Source: a bacterium (GTDB lineage: Bacteria > Cyanobacteriota > Sericytochromatia > S15B-MN24 > UBA4093). From it: a stretch of 64,000 nt of DNA. Within the stretch, counting starts at the first letter, position 1, and every line of letters begins with the position of its first letter. The position numbers and the translations under genes are program-made. The stretch covers positions 260,790 through 324,789 of the forward strand of contig JAGIBK010000005.1 in NCBI GenBank assembly GCA_017744355.1. Direction: 5' to 3'. Under the pieces are notes generated by a model. The model was not told the DNA's origin and did no database searches. It saw only the letters and a list, made by a program, of their open reading frames with translations. Below, one piece after another: positions 25,588 to 34,650 of this stretch.

Positions 25588-27327
25588 ATGTCAGAACCCA
25601 AGAGCCGCCACCAGGCGGGACGGATTGCAGGTAGGATGGGCGGGCCGGCGCTGGTGGCCCTCGCCTTGACGCTTTCGCTCACCGGCTGCCCCCAGGCCCT
25701 GACCTCCCTGCCCGGTATCACGGGGGGAGCGCCCACTCCGGCCCCCGAGCAGCAGGCCGGCACCGTCACGGTCAAGGTTCCCCCGTTGCAGGCAGCGGTC
25801 CCCCTCACCCTCGCTGCCCCCGCGCTCCAGCAGGCTGCCGGCCTCCAGCAAGCCGCCGGTCTTCAACAAGCCGCCGGCTACCGGGTCCAGGCCGAAGATT
25901 CTTCCTACAGCGAGGCCCCGGTTCCCAACTCGGTGGTGATCGCCCTGTGCACCACGGGCGGCCAGCAGATCGTCGGCACCACCGACTCCCAGGGCCGGGT
26001 CCTCCTCAAGCTCGACCTCAACAAGGTCTACTACATCACCGCCCCCTTCGTGGACGCCCTTGGGGCTTACCGGGAGTTCCGCACCATCGTCAAGGTCGGC
26101 AAGGACCAGCGAGACAACCCGCCTCCCCAGAGCGTCAACTTCGCTTCGACCGTCGTCACGGCCGCCATCACCGCCAAGAGCGGCGGGGACTTCCGGAACC
26201 TCAAGGCGATCGACGTCAAGGAGGTCCAGAAAGCGGTCGAGGCCACCCAGACGATCATCCGGGCCAAGTCCGACCTGCTGGCTTCCGTCCTGCTGGATAC
26301 CAATGCGGGGAACGCGGCGTCGATCGACATGGCCCTCAAGACCATCGCCATGGCCAAGGAGAGCGATCCGGCCCTCGCCGACGTTCCCAGCCCCATGGCG
26401 GCGGTCGAGGAGGCCCACCGGAGCCACGACGAGACCGTGAGCCTCAAGCCCTCCGGCGAGGAGGAGACGGTCACGGTCGCGGTGGGAGCGGGTCAGGATG
26501 CGACCAAGGCGGCCCAGGAGCAACTGGCGGCGGCCACCCCGGCGCCGACCCCGCGCCCGACGCCGACCCCCGCCCCCACCGCGACCCCCACGCCGCCGCC
26601 GATGCCGACCGTCTCGCGCTTCGAGTTCGAGCCGGGGATCCCCACCCAGATCTTCCTGCCGCTCGTGGTCGACGGGCTGCCCGTCGTGGACCCCGCCTAC
26701 CCCGGGGCCGCCCTCATGAAGACCCGGACCGTCCTGTCCGACGACACGGTGATCGCCGCGGCCAAGTGGTCCATCGCCGCAGGGGACCAGGGAGGCAAGA
26801 TCTCGGTCGGCGCCGGCATCCTGCGGATCGACCCGACGGCGGTCCCCGGCTACGTCAACGTCAAGGCCGAGCCCATCCTGCCCTCGGCGCTCTCGGCGAT
26901 CAAGCCGATCCAGCTCCTGGCCACGCCGGAGCGCGTGGCCGCGGTGCGCACCGCGTTGCCGGACGGGGTTGCGGGCCTCACGGTGCCCGCGGACTTCACC
27001 GTGCCGGGCGACAACAACCTGAGCGGCCTCACCTCCGTCAAGCTCAACACTCGCCTGGTCTGGAACGATCGCCGCGAGTCGACGCTCGCAGGTAGCACGC
27101 CCCACCTGAAGTGGAGCACGACGACCCCGAACCTGGTGTCGATCGACGCGGACGGCACGGTCCGAGCGCTGCCCAACAGCGGCGGCGGCACGGCGGTGGT
27201 CACGGTGACGGCCAACTTCCCCGTCCCGCCGACCAATCGCCTGGTCGCCACCCCCTCTGCGACCGTTCAGATCCCCATCGTGCGCAAGTCCGAGACGCCG
27301 ATCGAGATCGTCTTCCCCTCGTTCTAG
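25588..27327 (+). CDS. lipoprotein A1 of duplicated module: LQQAAG repeats, beta-sandwich, PT-linker, two Big_2-like Ig domains
   Basis: MSEPK start after GGAGAG, conserved with paralog; lipobox LTGC; 3x LQQAAG; GTTDSQGRVLLKLDLNKVYYI; TPAPTPRPTPTPAPTATPTPPP linker; WSTTTPNLVSIDADGTVRAL..TAVVTVTA. Paralog of 32965-34635. Confidence 0.8.
   Translation: MSEPKSRHQAGRIAGRMGGPALVALALTLSLTGCPQALTSLPGITGGAPTPAPEQQAGTVTVKVPPLQAAVPLTLAAPALQQAAGLQQAAGLQQAAGYRVQAEDSSYSEAPVPNSVVIALCTTGGQQIVGTTDSQGRVLLKLDLNKVYYITAPFVDALGAYREFRTIVKVGKDQRDNPPPQSVNFASTVVTAAITAKSGGDFRNLKAIDVKEVQKAVEATQTIIRAKSDLLASVLLDTNAGNAASIDMALKTIAMAKESDPALADVPSPMAAVEEAHRSHDETVSLKPSGEEETVTVAVGAGQDATKAAQEQLAAATPAPTPRPTPTPAPTATPTPPPMPTVSRFEFEPGIPTQIFLPLVVDGLPVVDPAYPGAALMKTRTVLSDDTVIAAAKWSIAAGDQGGKISVGAGILRIDPTAVPGYVNVKAEPILPSALSAIKPIQLLATPERVAAVRTALPDGVAGLTVPADFTVPGDNNLSGLTSVKLNTRLVWNDRRESTLAGSTPHLKWSTTTPNLVSIDADGTVRALPNSGGGTAVVTVTANFPVPPTNRLVATPSATVQIPIVRKSETPIEIVFPSF
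25825..25878 (+). repeat. 3 x 18-nt in-frame repeat encoding LQQAAG
   Basis: CTCCAGCAGGCTGCCGGC / CTCCAGCAAGCCGCCGGT / CTTCAACAAGCCGCCGGC. Confidence 0.9.
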
Positions 27328-27344
27328 TGGCAAGGAGACCGCAG

Positions 27345-29054
27345 GTGAGATTGAAGCAATACCTTCGCTGGGAGCTCTTGCTGGCCCTGAGCCTGGTGGG
27401 ATGCACCGCCGCGATTCCCAACCGCCTCGGAGGCGAGGCCGGGGCCCCCGGCGCCGCCGGCACGCGCTTGGCCGAGCCGGTCGCGCAGGGCGGCAGCCTT
27501 TACTTCCAGATCCGCTGGCCCGGCCCGCGCCTGAGCACGCAGGCCGTCCAGTTCAACCCCGACGCCGTCAAGGTCTTCGTCAAGAAGGCCGATGGCACCG
27601 CGATCCAGTCCCAGGTCCTGACCCGGCCCACCGACGGGACCTTCGTGAGGACCGCGAGGTTCACCCTCGACCCGGCCCTGAAGCAGGTCGACGTCTTCGC
27701 CGAGGCCTGGCAGGCGGATAAGCTGCTGGCCAAGGGCAAGCACCTGGCGGTCCCGGTGCGCGACAACACCTCGACCCCGGTGGCGATCGCCCTGGATCTG
27801 GTCGACCAGAACGGCAACCAGACGGGCCTCGACCTGCGCCTGGCCCCCGAGCTGGCGATGCTCCACAGCCTCCCCGAGCTGGCCGCGCGCTACTCCAACC
27901 TCAGGACGTACGGCACCTCGCCCGAGTTCCTGGAGATCAAGGCCGCCCTCGACGCGACCATCGCCCGATTGTTCGGGGATCGCCGCGACGAGCGCGCCCC
28001 TTCCCCGTCGCCCACCGTGGCCGCTGCCCCGTACCGGGTGCAGAGCCTCGAGAACCCGAGCTTCCGGCTCATCGACGCCCCGTTCCAGGCCGTCGATCTC
28101 GTGGACGGCGTCCCGAGCGTCCTGTACTGGCCCGGCTTCCAGGGGGCTTATTCCTTCAGCGGCGGCAGCACCGGCCTGCACACCCTGGACCTCGCCGTGA
28201 CCCCGGCCGGGCAGGACTTGACCACGGCCAACCTTCACGGGGAGCTGGATGCCGATGCCTGGGTGAGCGAGCCGAACCTGATGCCGATCGCGAAGGGCTA
28301 CGAGCCGGGTGCCACCGAGGTGAGCACGCGCTCGGTCGCCTTGCTCGGCGGCATGCGCCCCGACTTCAAGACCCTGCGGCAAGGCAAGCTGCACTTGGAC
28401 GTGGCTCCCGGCGGGATGGCCGCCCGGGGCGCGGCGCTGGATCTGGCCCTGGACCAGGTCCGCGACGTCTCGAGCACCGCCTTCTACCAGTTCCTCCAAT
28501 CCAAGGTCCAGTCGTCGCTGCCGACCGCCAACTGGCCGTCGCACGCGGCACTCGTCGCCCAAACGCCCACCCTCGCGGCCACGGCCGACATCAAGGCCGC
28601 CGACGACTTCCTGGGCGGCCAGCTGAAGTCGATCTGGCGCCTCTTGGACAAGGATGGCAAGCCGGGCCACTACGACCTGGCTCTTGGCGTCCAGGAGCGC
28701 CTGGGCACGGTGAACGGTAAGCCCGAGATCGCCGGAGCGGACGTGGCCTTCGCCCTGGACGACGTGGCGCTCGGCTTGCGCCTGAAGGGCCTCGCCCACG
28801 TGGAGACCTCTCCGCCGAAGGTGACCATCCAGGCCTCGTTCGTCGACATCGCCTCCAACCTGGTCCTGGGAACCCTCAACTACGAGGTGCCCATCGACTC
28901 CCTGGGCCGCGTGGACTTCAGCCGTCTGGCCTCCTGGCCAGTGCTGACGGTCGCCGACCCGACCAAGCCGGATGCCCCGAAGACGTCCTACCGCCTGACG
29001 CCGGGCTTCTTCTCCGGCGACGTGGACGGCACGATTCAGGTCGAGGTGCGATAG
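27345..29054 (+). CDS. lipoprotein A2 of duplicated module
   Basis: GTG start 8 nt after AGGAG; lipobox LVGC; N-terminal FQIRWPGPRLSTQAVQF domain; C-terminus YRLTPGFFSGDVDGTIQVEVR matches paralog 34651-36468. Confidence 0.75.
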   Translation: MRLKQYLRWELLLALSLVGCTAAIPNRLGGEAGAPGAAGTRLAEPVAQGGSLYFQIRWPGPRLSTQAVQFNPDAVKVFVKKADGTAIQSQVLTRPTDGTFVRTARFTLDPALKQVDVFAEAWQADKLLAKGKHLAVPVRDNTSTPVAIALDLVDQNGNQTGLDLRLAPELAMLHSLPELAARYSNLRTYGTSPEFLEIKAALDATIARLFGDRRDERAPSPSPTVAAAPYRVQSLENPSFRLIDAPFQAVDLVDGVPSVLYWPGFQGAYSFSGGSTGLHTLDLAVTPAGQDLTTANLHGELDADAWVSEPNLMPIAKGYEPGATEVSTRSVALLGGMRPDFKTLRQGKLHLDVAPGGMAARGAALDLALDQVRDVSSTAFYQFLQSKVQSSLPTANWPSHAALVAQTPTLAATADIKAADDFLGGQLKSIWRLLDKDGKPGHYDLALGVQERLGTVNGKPEIAGADVAFALDDVALGLRLKGLAHVETSPPKVTIQASFVDIASNLVLGTLNYEVPIDSLGRVDFSRLASWPVLTVADPTKPDAPKTSYRLTPGFFSGDVDGTIQVEVR

Positions 29055-30557
29055 GTGAGAGCCATGAAGCAAACGCAACTGCATACGCTGGCCATCCTGG
29101 CCCTTTCGGTGGCGATCGCGGGGTGCGCGACGCCTACCCTCCTCGGGGGCCGCGGGGCTCCCAGCCGGGTCGATGCGGCCCAGCCGGCCGCGACGGGCGG
29201 CACCGTGGAGCTCCACCTCCACTGGCCCGACAAGCAGGTCGGGTACGGCGCCCAGGCCATCCCCAACCGGGCGACTCACGCGGTGGTGACCCTGACGGAG
29301 GCTTCGGGCTCGGTCCACACGGCCGAGCTGGCCCGTCCTACCGCCCCGGCGCCAGAGCCCACCCCCAACAAGGACGGGATGACCTCGCAGGGCATGGAGG
29401 GAGGTCCACCCGCCCCCATGGGCGGCGCCTCCTGGCGCCTTGCCCAGCAAGAGGGCGTCACCCTCAAGGCCGAGCTGTTCGACCAGGAAGGCCGTAGCGT
29501 CGGGTCGGCCACCCGGACGGTGGACGTGATCGCGGGCTACCATTCGGTCGTTGCGCTGGACATCCTGGTCGAGGGGGCCCCGAAGCTCGAGGTCGTGAAC
29601 CCGACCGCCTTCAAGATCGGGGATCGGATCGTCCTGGAGGGCCGGAACTTCGGTCTGTCCCACCCCGACTGGTCGCCCGCCGGGGTCTACCTGGAGAGCG
29701 AAGGGACCTACGCCTGGGGCTCGGCCTTCGGGCCCGAGACCCATCAGTACCGGAACATGGTCTACCTGCCGCCTTCCAGCGTGAAGGTCGTCTCGGACTC
29801 GCGAATCGAGGTGACGATCCCGTCCAGCATGGAGAACGGCTGGCACTTCGTGGATGCCCTCTGGAACTACTTCCACGCGAACGGCAACCAGCAGCTCTAC
29901 CTGGGGGTCACGGTGGACGGCGTCAACTCGAACCGGGTGCCGGTCTCCATCCCCCGGGGGACCTCCGCGGGGGTCACCGTGACCGTCGAGCAGGGCCGCG
30001 AGGCCCCGTCGCGCGAGGCGGCGACGGCCTCGGTCGATCTGACGGCGGCCCCGTTCGGGATCCCGGCGGCGAGCGGCTCCAAGTGGGTCTTCGAGGTCGC
30101 CGGGACCGACGGGGACCGCGCCGGCGGCACCCAGACGATGAGCGTCCAGCTGCTGAACGACGACGGAGAAGCCCTCGTCTCGTCCAACGCTCAGGGGGCT
30201 CCGACCAGCGGCTGGCGCACCAACCTGCGCTGGGACTGGCAGTGGGGCTTCATGCGGAGCCTCTCGGCGCCCGCGGCCCTGGGCATTCAGGTTCTCCCCG
30301 ACGAGCAGGTCCCCATGCCGGGCGGCGGCACGGCGATCGCTCGGCACCTCTTCTACACCGCGCAGGGCGGGCCTGACGCCACCTCGGTGCGGGATCTCTG
30401 GGTCGTGCCGGGGGTCGGTCCCGTCCGCATCCGCGAGGTGACCCTCCACGCGAACCAGGATCCCGGAAGCGAGGGCAAGGGGATGGCGCGCCAGACGCGC
30501 GAATACCGTCTGGTCGCCTTCGAGCCGCCCGCCGGCCCCGCGCCGGTGCGTCAATAG
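29055..30557 (+). CDS. lipoprotein A3 of duplicated module (N-domain + IPT-like domain)
   Basis: GTG abuts the upstream stop (TAGGTGA); ATG 29064 is also possible. Lipobox IAGC; HLHWPDKQVGYGAQAIP; VIAGYHSVVALDILV; IPT-like LEVVNPTAFKIGDRIVLEGRNF. Paralog of 36469-37989. Confidence 0.75.
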   Translation: MRAMKQTQLHTLAILALSVAIAGCATPTLLGGRGAPSRVDAAQPAATGGTVELHLHWPDKQVGYGAQAIPNRATHAVVTLTEASGSVHTAELARPTAPAPEPTPNKDGMTSQGMEGGPPAPMGGASWRLAQQEGVTLKAELFDQEGRSVGSATRTVDVIAGYHSVVALDILVEGAPKLEVVNPTAFKIGDRIVLEGRNFGLSHPDWSPAGVYLESEGTYAWGSAFGPETHQYRNMVYLPPSSVKVVSDSRIEVTIPSSMENGWHFVDALWNYFHANGNQQLYLGVTVDGVNSNRVPVSIPRGTSAGVTVTVEQGREAPSREAATASVDLTAAPFGIPAASGSKWVFEVAGTDGDRAGGTQTMSVQLLNDDGEALVSSNAQGAPTSGWRTNLRWDWQWGFMRSLSAPAALGIQVLPDEQVPMPGGGTAIARHLFYTAQGGPDATSVRDLWVVPGVGPVRIREVTLHANQDPGSEGKGMARQTREYRLVAFEPPAGPAPVRQ

Positions 30558-30571
30558 GGAGAGTGAGGCCC

Positions 30572-32116
30572 ATGCTCATGAAGAATCGTTCCCCCTTCGT
30601 CGCAGTGCTCGCGCTTTCCCTGGCGACCGTGAGCGGCTGCGCGGCCTTGCCCGGAAACCTCTTGGCCGCAAGGCCCGAGGCCGCGACGACGGCCCAAGCG
30701 CTGAGCAGCCTGAAGCTGCTCGTCGACTCGGGCGCCTATCGGGCCCAGGCCGTGGACCTGTCGGCGATCGCCATCCACGTGCGGCTGGAGTTCCCGTACC
30801 AGTCCGACGCCTCCCCCCGGACCCTCGACGTTCAGAGCGGGGTGCCCGCGGTGTTCGGGGATCTGGCCCCGGGGCATGCCCTGCTCACCGTGTCGGCCCA
30901 GAACGTGGTGACAAACCAGCTCATCGACACCCAGTCGCGCTGGGTGGACCTGCTGCCCGGCGTCCAGGCGGCGGCCCAGTTCGCCTTGACCGTCGGCGGC
31001 TCCACGGCGGCCGACGTCGGGGTCACCTTCGGCGCGAACACCCGGGATTACCGGACGTTCGACCAGCCCGACGGCCTCGACCCCGACTTCAGGGCGGCAC
31101 TCGGCAACGGCCAGTTCATGCCCGGGCGCCGGGTGCTGCCGTTCCAGCTGGAGACGCCCGAGGGCACGAGCTACTTGACCTTCACCACGGACGCGGACCA
31201 CCTGGAGCGCCAGATCGCTCACCAGCCGTCGGTGAGCTACCCTTCCAACGCCTGGTATCAGCTGCCCGGGCATGCCGTGCGGGTCGACTCCGAGCCCCTC
31301 CTGGGGCAGACGAAGGTTCGCCACTTCCGCTGGTCGAACGAGTACGAGGCGAACGACGAGCGTCGCCTCTACACCTTCGATCGGTGGGTGACCCCCTTGG
31401 AAGGGACGATCAAGGAGACCGTCAGCGAGAACGGTGTCGTCCGCTCGACCCTGAGCCGGACCCCTGTCCGGCTCGCCGGGATGCTTCTCAGGGGATCGGA
31501 TCCCCTGACCATGCCCTTCCCGCTCGGCCTCAAGCGCTGGGACGGTGAGGCCTTCGTGCCGGCTGAGGCAGGCACGGCGCGGGACGAGAAGGGGAACACC
31601 CTCTTCTTCGGGGTCACGCCAGGCCGCTATCAGGTCGTCTATGACGCGTCGACGGGGTTCATGGATCCCTCGCTCGCGGCGCGCGTCGTCTCGGCGCCCG
31701 TCCAGGTAAGCGACATGGGCCAGGCGTCGTTCGGCCTCGACGTGGGCTGGGAGCTCAGGCCCTCGATCGGTCCAACTGCGAAGCGCGAGTTCGTGCCCGG
31801 CTTCGACGCCTTCGCCTTCGCTCCGAAGAGCGGCGCGCCCGACGCCGAATACCAGGTGGTGGTCGCGTCGGCTTCCTACACGGAAGGTCGGCCAACTTAC
31901 CAGCCGGTCTGGAGCTCCGCCTGGGGGCCTGCCGGCAGCGTGGCCTGGAACGGGAAGGCGGGTGAGGAGGTCAGCGATCCGGTCGGTGTCGACGCGCCGA
32001 CGGGCGACTACGCCTATCACGTGAGGTTCCGCAAACAGGGGACCGCCTTCGGGGGCGAGGGTTCCTACGGCCAGAGCCACTGGCAGTCCTTCCGCCTCAT
32101 GCGCGCGCCGCTTTAA
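30572..32116 (+). CDS. lipoprotein A4 of duplicated module
   Basis: RBS GGGAGAG; lipobox VSGC; FDRWVTPLEGTIKE block shared with paralog 38008-38955; carries about 190 extra C-terminal residues. Confidence 0.7.
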   Translation: MLMKNRSPFVAVLALSLATVSGCAALPGNLLAARPEAATTAQALSSLKLLVDSGAYRAQAVDLSAIAIHVRLEFPYQSDASPRTLDVQSGVPAVFGDLAPGHALLTVSAQNVVTNQLIDTQSRWVDLLPGVQAAAQFALTVGGSTAADVGVTFGANTRDYRTFDQPDGLDPDFRAALGNGQFMPGRRVLPFQLETPEGTSYLTFTTDADHLERQIAHQPSVSYPSNAWYQLPGHAVRVDSEPLLGQTKVRHFRWSNEYEANDERRLYTFDRWVTPLEGTIKETVSENGVVRSTLSRTPVRLAGMLLRGSDPLTMPFPLGLKRWDGEAFVPAEAGTARDEKGNTLFFGVTPGRYQVVYDASTGFMDPSLAARVVSAPVQVSDMGQASFGLDVGWELRPSIGPTAKREFVPGFDAFAFAPKSGAPDAEYQVVVASASYTEGRPTYQPVWSSAWGPAGSVAWNGKAGEEVSDPVGVDAPTGDYAYHVRFRKQGTAFGGEGSYGQSHWQSFRLMRAPL

Positions 32117-32127
32117 AGGAGAAGCCC

Positions 32128-32775
32128 ATGAAACCTTCGAAGCTCTTCGTCTTTGCAGGGGCGCTCTTGCTTGCGATCGCGGGCTGCGCCTCGCTTCCCC
32201 CGACTTCCCAGGCTCCGCTCGGGCCGAGCAACTCAAGTGAAGCCCCGGCGCTGACCCTCAAGCTCGACCTGGGACGTCGGGTCCAGGCGGTGGCGCGCGA
32301 CGTGGCAGGAGCGCGGGTCAGCCTCTCGGTCGCAGGCCGGGTGTTCGAGACCCAGGCCACCCTGTCGGTCGTTCCGCTCGCTTCCCCTTCGCCCGGTGGC
32401 CCTACGCCATCGCCGAGCCAGGCCCCGCTCGAAAACGTGATCGAGCTGTCGAAGGCGACGGGGATGGCGCTGGTCGCAGGGGATGCCAGGGTCCACGTCG
32501 AGGCCATCGACCAGGAGGGGCGGGTGATCGGGAGCGGCGACGCGGTGGCGCCGCTCCTGATCGGGCGCCGTAGCTACGTCCAGGTCCTGGTGAAGCTGGA
32601 CAGCACCGGCCGGACGGAATATATGCCCTTCACGCCCCTGGGACCGCAGCCGAGCCCATCGCCTGAGCCCACCTGGTTCCCTTCGGCCGAGCCGCTCCCG
32701 TCCCCGACCGGGAGCCCTTCGTTCGAGCCGACGCCGGAGCCTACCAGGAGCCCCTCGCCCGAGCCGACGCCATAA
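32128..32775 (+). CDS. lipoprotein A5 of duplicated module with a Pro/Ser/Thr/Glu-rich tail
   Basis: RBS AAGGAG; lipobox IAGC; LTLKLDLGRRVQAV N-domain; C-terminal PSPSPEPTWFPSAEPLPSPTGSPSFEPTPEPT. Paralog of 38958-39518. Confidence 0.75.
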   Translation: MKPSKLFVFAGALLLAIAGCASLPPTSQAPLGPSNSSEAPALTLKLDLGRRVQAVARDVAGARVSLSVAGRVFETQATLSVVPLASPSPGGPTPSPSQAPLENVIELSKATGMALVAGDARVHVEAIDQEGRVIGSGDAVAPLLIGRRSYVQVLVKLDSTGRTEYMPFTPLGPQPSPSPEPTWFPSAEPLPSPTGSPSFEPTPEPTRSPSPEPTP

Positions 32776-32806
32776 AACCACCCCCCTGGGCGTGATGTCC
32801 ACGGCC

Positions 32807-32846
32807 GCAAAGACGCCCCCCAAGCGGGGGGCGTCTTTGCTTTGGG
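32807..32846 (+). terminator. rho-independent terminator separating the two module copies
   Basis: GCAAAGACGCCCCCC aag CGGGGGGCGTCTTTGC followed by TTTGGG. Confidence 0.8.
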
Positions 32847-32964
32847 ATAGAGTGACGGCGGGGCGTTCTTGTAATAAAAGCGACATAACCCGGGTAATTT
32901 CATGATGGCCCTTGCTTGTTTCGATCACATCGATTGAGCGGTGTCCATGCCGTGGAGAGCCTAC

Positions 32965-34635
32965 ATGTCCGAACCGAAGAACCTGCCCCCCACACGCACA
33001 AGCGCCCGTCGGGCCGTTGTGCTCGGCGCGCTGAGCTTGTCGCTTGCCGGCTGTCCTATGGGGGCGGGCTGGGACGATAAGCCCGGCATCACGCAGACTC
33101 CGCCGCCGACGGGCAACAACCTCGTGACCGTGGCGCCCCTCGCGACGGTTGCGCCCATCCGCGTGACCGCGCCCTCGTTGCAGCAGGCGGCGGGCCTCCA
33201 GCAGGCCGCAGGGCTGCAACAGGCAGCAGGCTTGCAGCAGGCCGCGGGATTGCAACAGGCGGCAGGGCTTCAGCAGGCCGTGGGATACCGGACCCAGGCC
33301 GGCTACGGCATCCAGGCCGACGAGAACTTTTACGCCGAGGTGCCGGTGGCAGGCGCCGAGGTCATCGCCTATCCCGCGGCAGGCGGCGATCCGGTTATCG
33401 GGAGTACGGACGAGCAGGGCTTCGTCCGCCTCAAGCTGGACGTCAACAAGGTCTACACCATCGTCGCCAAGTTCAAGGACGCCACGGGTCAGGACAAGCA
33501 GTTCAAGGCCATCACCAAGGTCGAAAAGGACCAGGTGGACAAGCCCGAGGAGCAGAAGTCCCAGCTCAAGCTGGACCTGGCCTCGACCCTGGTCGCCGAG
33601 ACGGTGGCCAAGGCTCAGGGCGACAACCTCAAGACCGTCGACGTCGCCAAGGTCGCCGAGGCGGTCGCGGCGACCAAGACCGTGCTGGCGGCCAGGCCCG
33701 AGGCCCTCGTCTCGGTCCTGCTCAACACCGACACCACCAAGTTCGAGCAGGTGCAGCAGGCGCTCAAGCAGATCTCGTTCGTCCAGCAGACGACCGATGC
33801 GCTCAAGGGCCTGCGCGACGCGGCCGATGCGCTCTCTGCGGCGCAGACCAGCTTCGACCCCACGGTCAACACCCGCAAGGGCGGCGAGCAAGAGCCCGCG
33901 GCGCCCACGGCGACCCCCACCCCGACGCCGCCCTCGAGCTTCAACCAGGTCCCGGTCAAGGCCCCGACGGCCGTCAAGGTCTTCGAGCCGGCACCGAACT
34001 TCCCGACCAAGGTCTACATCCCCTTCAAGGTCGCAGGCGAAGACGTCAGCGACCCCATCGCCTTCCCGACCGCGCTGCTGCTCAAGGCGAACGCCAAGCT
34101 CACGGACGACACCGCCTTCGAGCCGACCTGGTCGCTCGTCCAAGAGAAGGCGGGCGTCAGGATCGTGGGCAGCCTGCTCGTCGTCTCCTCGGGCGCGAGG
34201 CCCGGCGAGATCACCCTGAAGGCGACGCACGGCGACCGTACCTTCCAGGTCGGCCCCATCAGCGTTCTGAGCACCCCCGTGCGGGTCAAGAAGATCTCGC
34301 TCACGGTGCCGCAACCGCTGAAGCTGGTCGTGCCGCCCGAAGGGCCCCTGCCCCCGGGCGCGACGCTCATCGGCGCCTCGACCGCATCACTTGGCCTCAG
34401 CCTCGAGATGAACAACAAGACGACCTCTACCGACTTCGGCTTGGTGGCTTGGTACGCCTCGCCTTCCGCCCACGTGCGGGTCGATGCGGCCAATCGCCAG
34501 CTGCGCGTCTTGTCGGGCGCGCCGGTCGGTCTGTACGAGATCTTCGGGCTCGCCTCCACGGACAGCGCCACGGTGTCGACCAAGGTTCAGATCGATGTCG
34601 AGCGCAAGAGCCAGATCGGCGCCGAGATTCAGTAG
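32965..34635 (+). CDS. lipoprotein B1 of duplicated module: 6x LQQA(A/V)G repeats, Big_2-like domains
   Basis: MSEPK start after GGAGAG; lipobox LAGC; repeat array; WSLVQEKAGVRIVGSLLVVS and WYASPSAHVRVDAANRQLRVL Ig-like blocks. Confidence 0.8.
   Translation: MSEPKNLPPTRTSARRAVVLGALSLSLAGCPMGAGWDDKPGITQTPPPTGNNLVTVAPLATVAPIRVTAPSLQQAAGLQQAAGLQQAAGLQQAAGLQQAAGLQQAVGYRTQAGYGIQADENFYAEVPVAGAEVIAYPAAGGDPVIGSTDEQGFVRLKLDVNKVYTIVAKFKDATGQDKQFKAITKVEKDQVDKPEEQKSQLKLDLASTLVAETVAKAQGDNLKTVDVAKVAEAVAATKTVLAARPEALVSVLLNTDTTKFEQVQQALKQISFVQQTTDALKGLRDAADALSAAQTSFDPTVNTRKGGEQEPAAPTATPTPTPPSSFNQVPVKAPTAVKVFEPAPNFPTKVYIPFKVAGEDVSDPIAFPTALLLKANAKLTDDTAFEPTWSLVQEKAGVRIVGSLLVVSSGARPGEITLKATHGDRTFQVGPISVLSTPVRVKKISLTVPQPLKLVVPPEGPLPPGATLIGASTASLGLSLEMNNKTTSTDFGLVAWYASPSAHVRVDAANRQLRVLSGAPVGLYEIFGLASTDSATVSTKVQIDVERKSQIGAEIQ
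33178..33285 (+). repeat. 6 x 18-nt in-frame repeat encoding LQQAAG (last unit LQQAVG)
   Basis: TTGCAGCAGGCGGCGGGC, CTCCAGCAGGCCGCAGGG, CTGCAACAGGCAGCAGGC, TTGCAGCAGGCCGCGGGA, TTGCAACAGGCGGCAGGG, CTTCAGCAGGCCGTGGGA. Confidence 0.9.
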
Positions 34636-34650
34636 CGGAGGAAAGAAGAC

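Noticed and set aside
25825-25878. 18-nt tandem DNA repeats considered as a possible CRISPR or VNTR array
   Set aside because: The units are in-frame coding repeats (LQQAAG) with no spacers, have no cas genes nearby, and carry synonymous differences. They form a protein repeat, not a CRISPR array.
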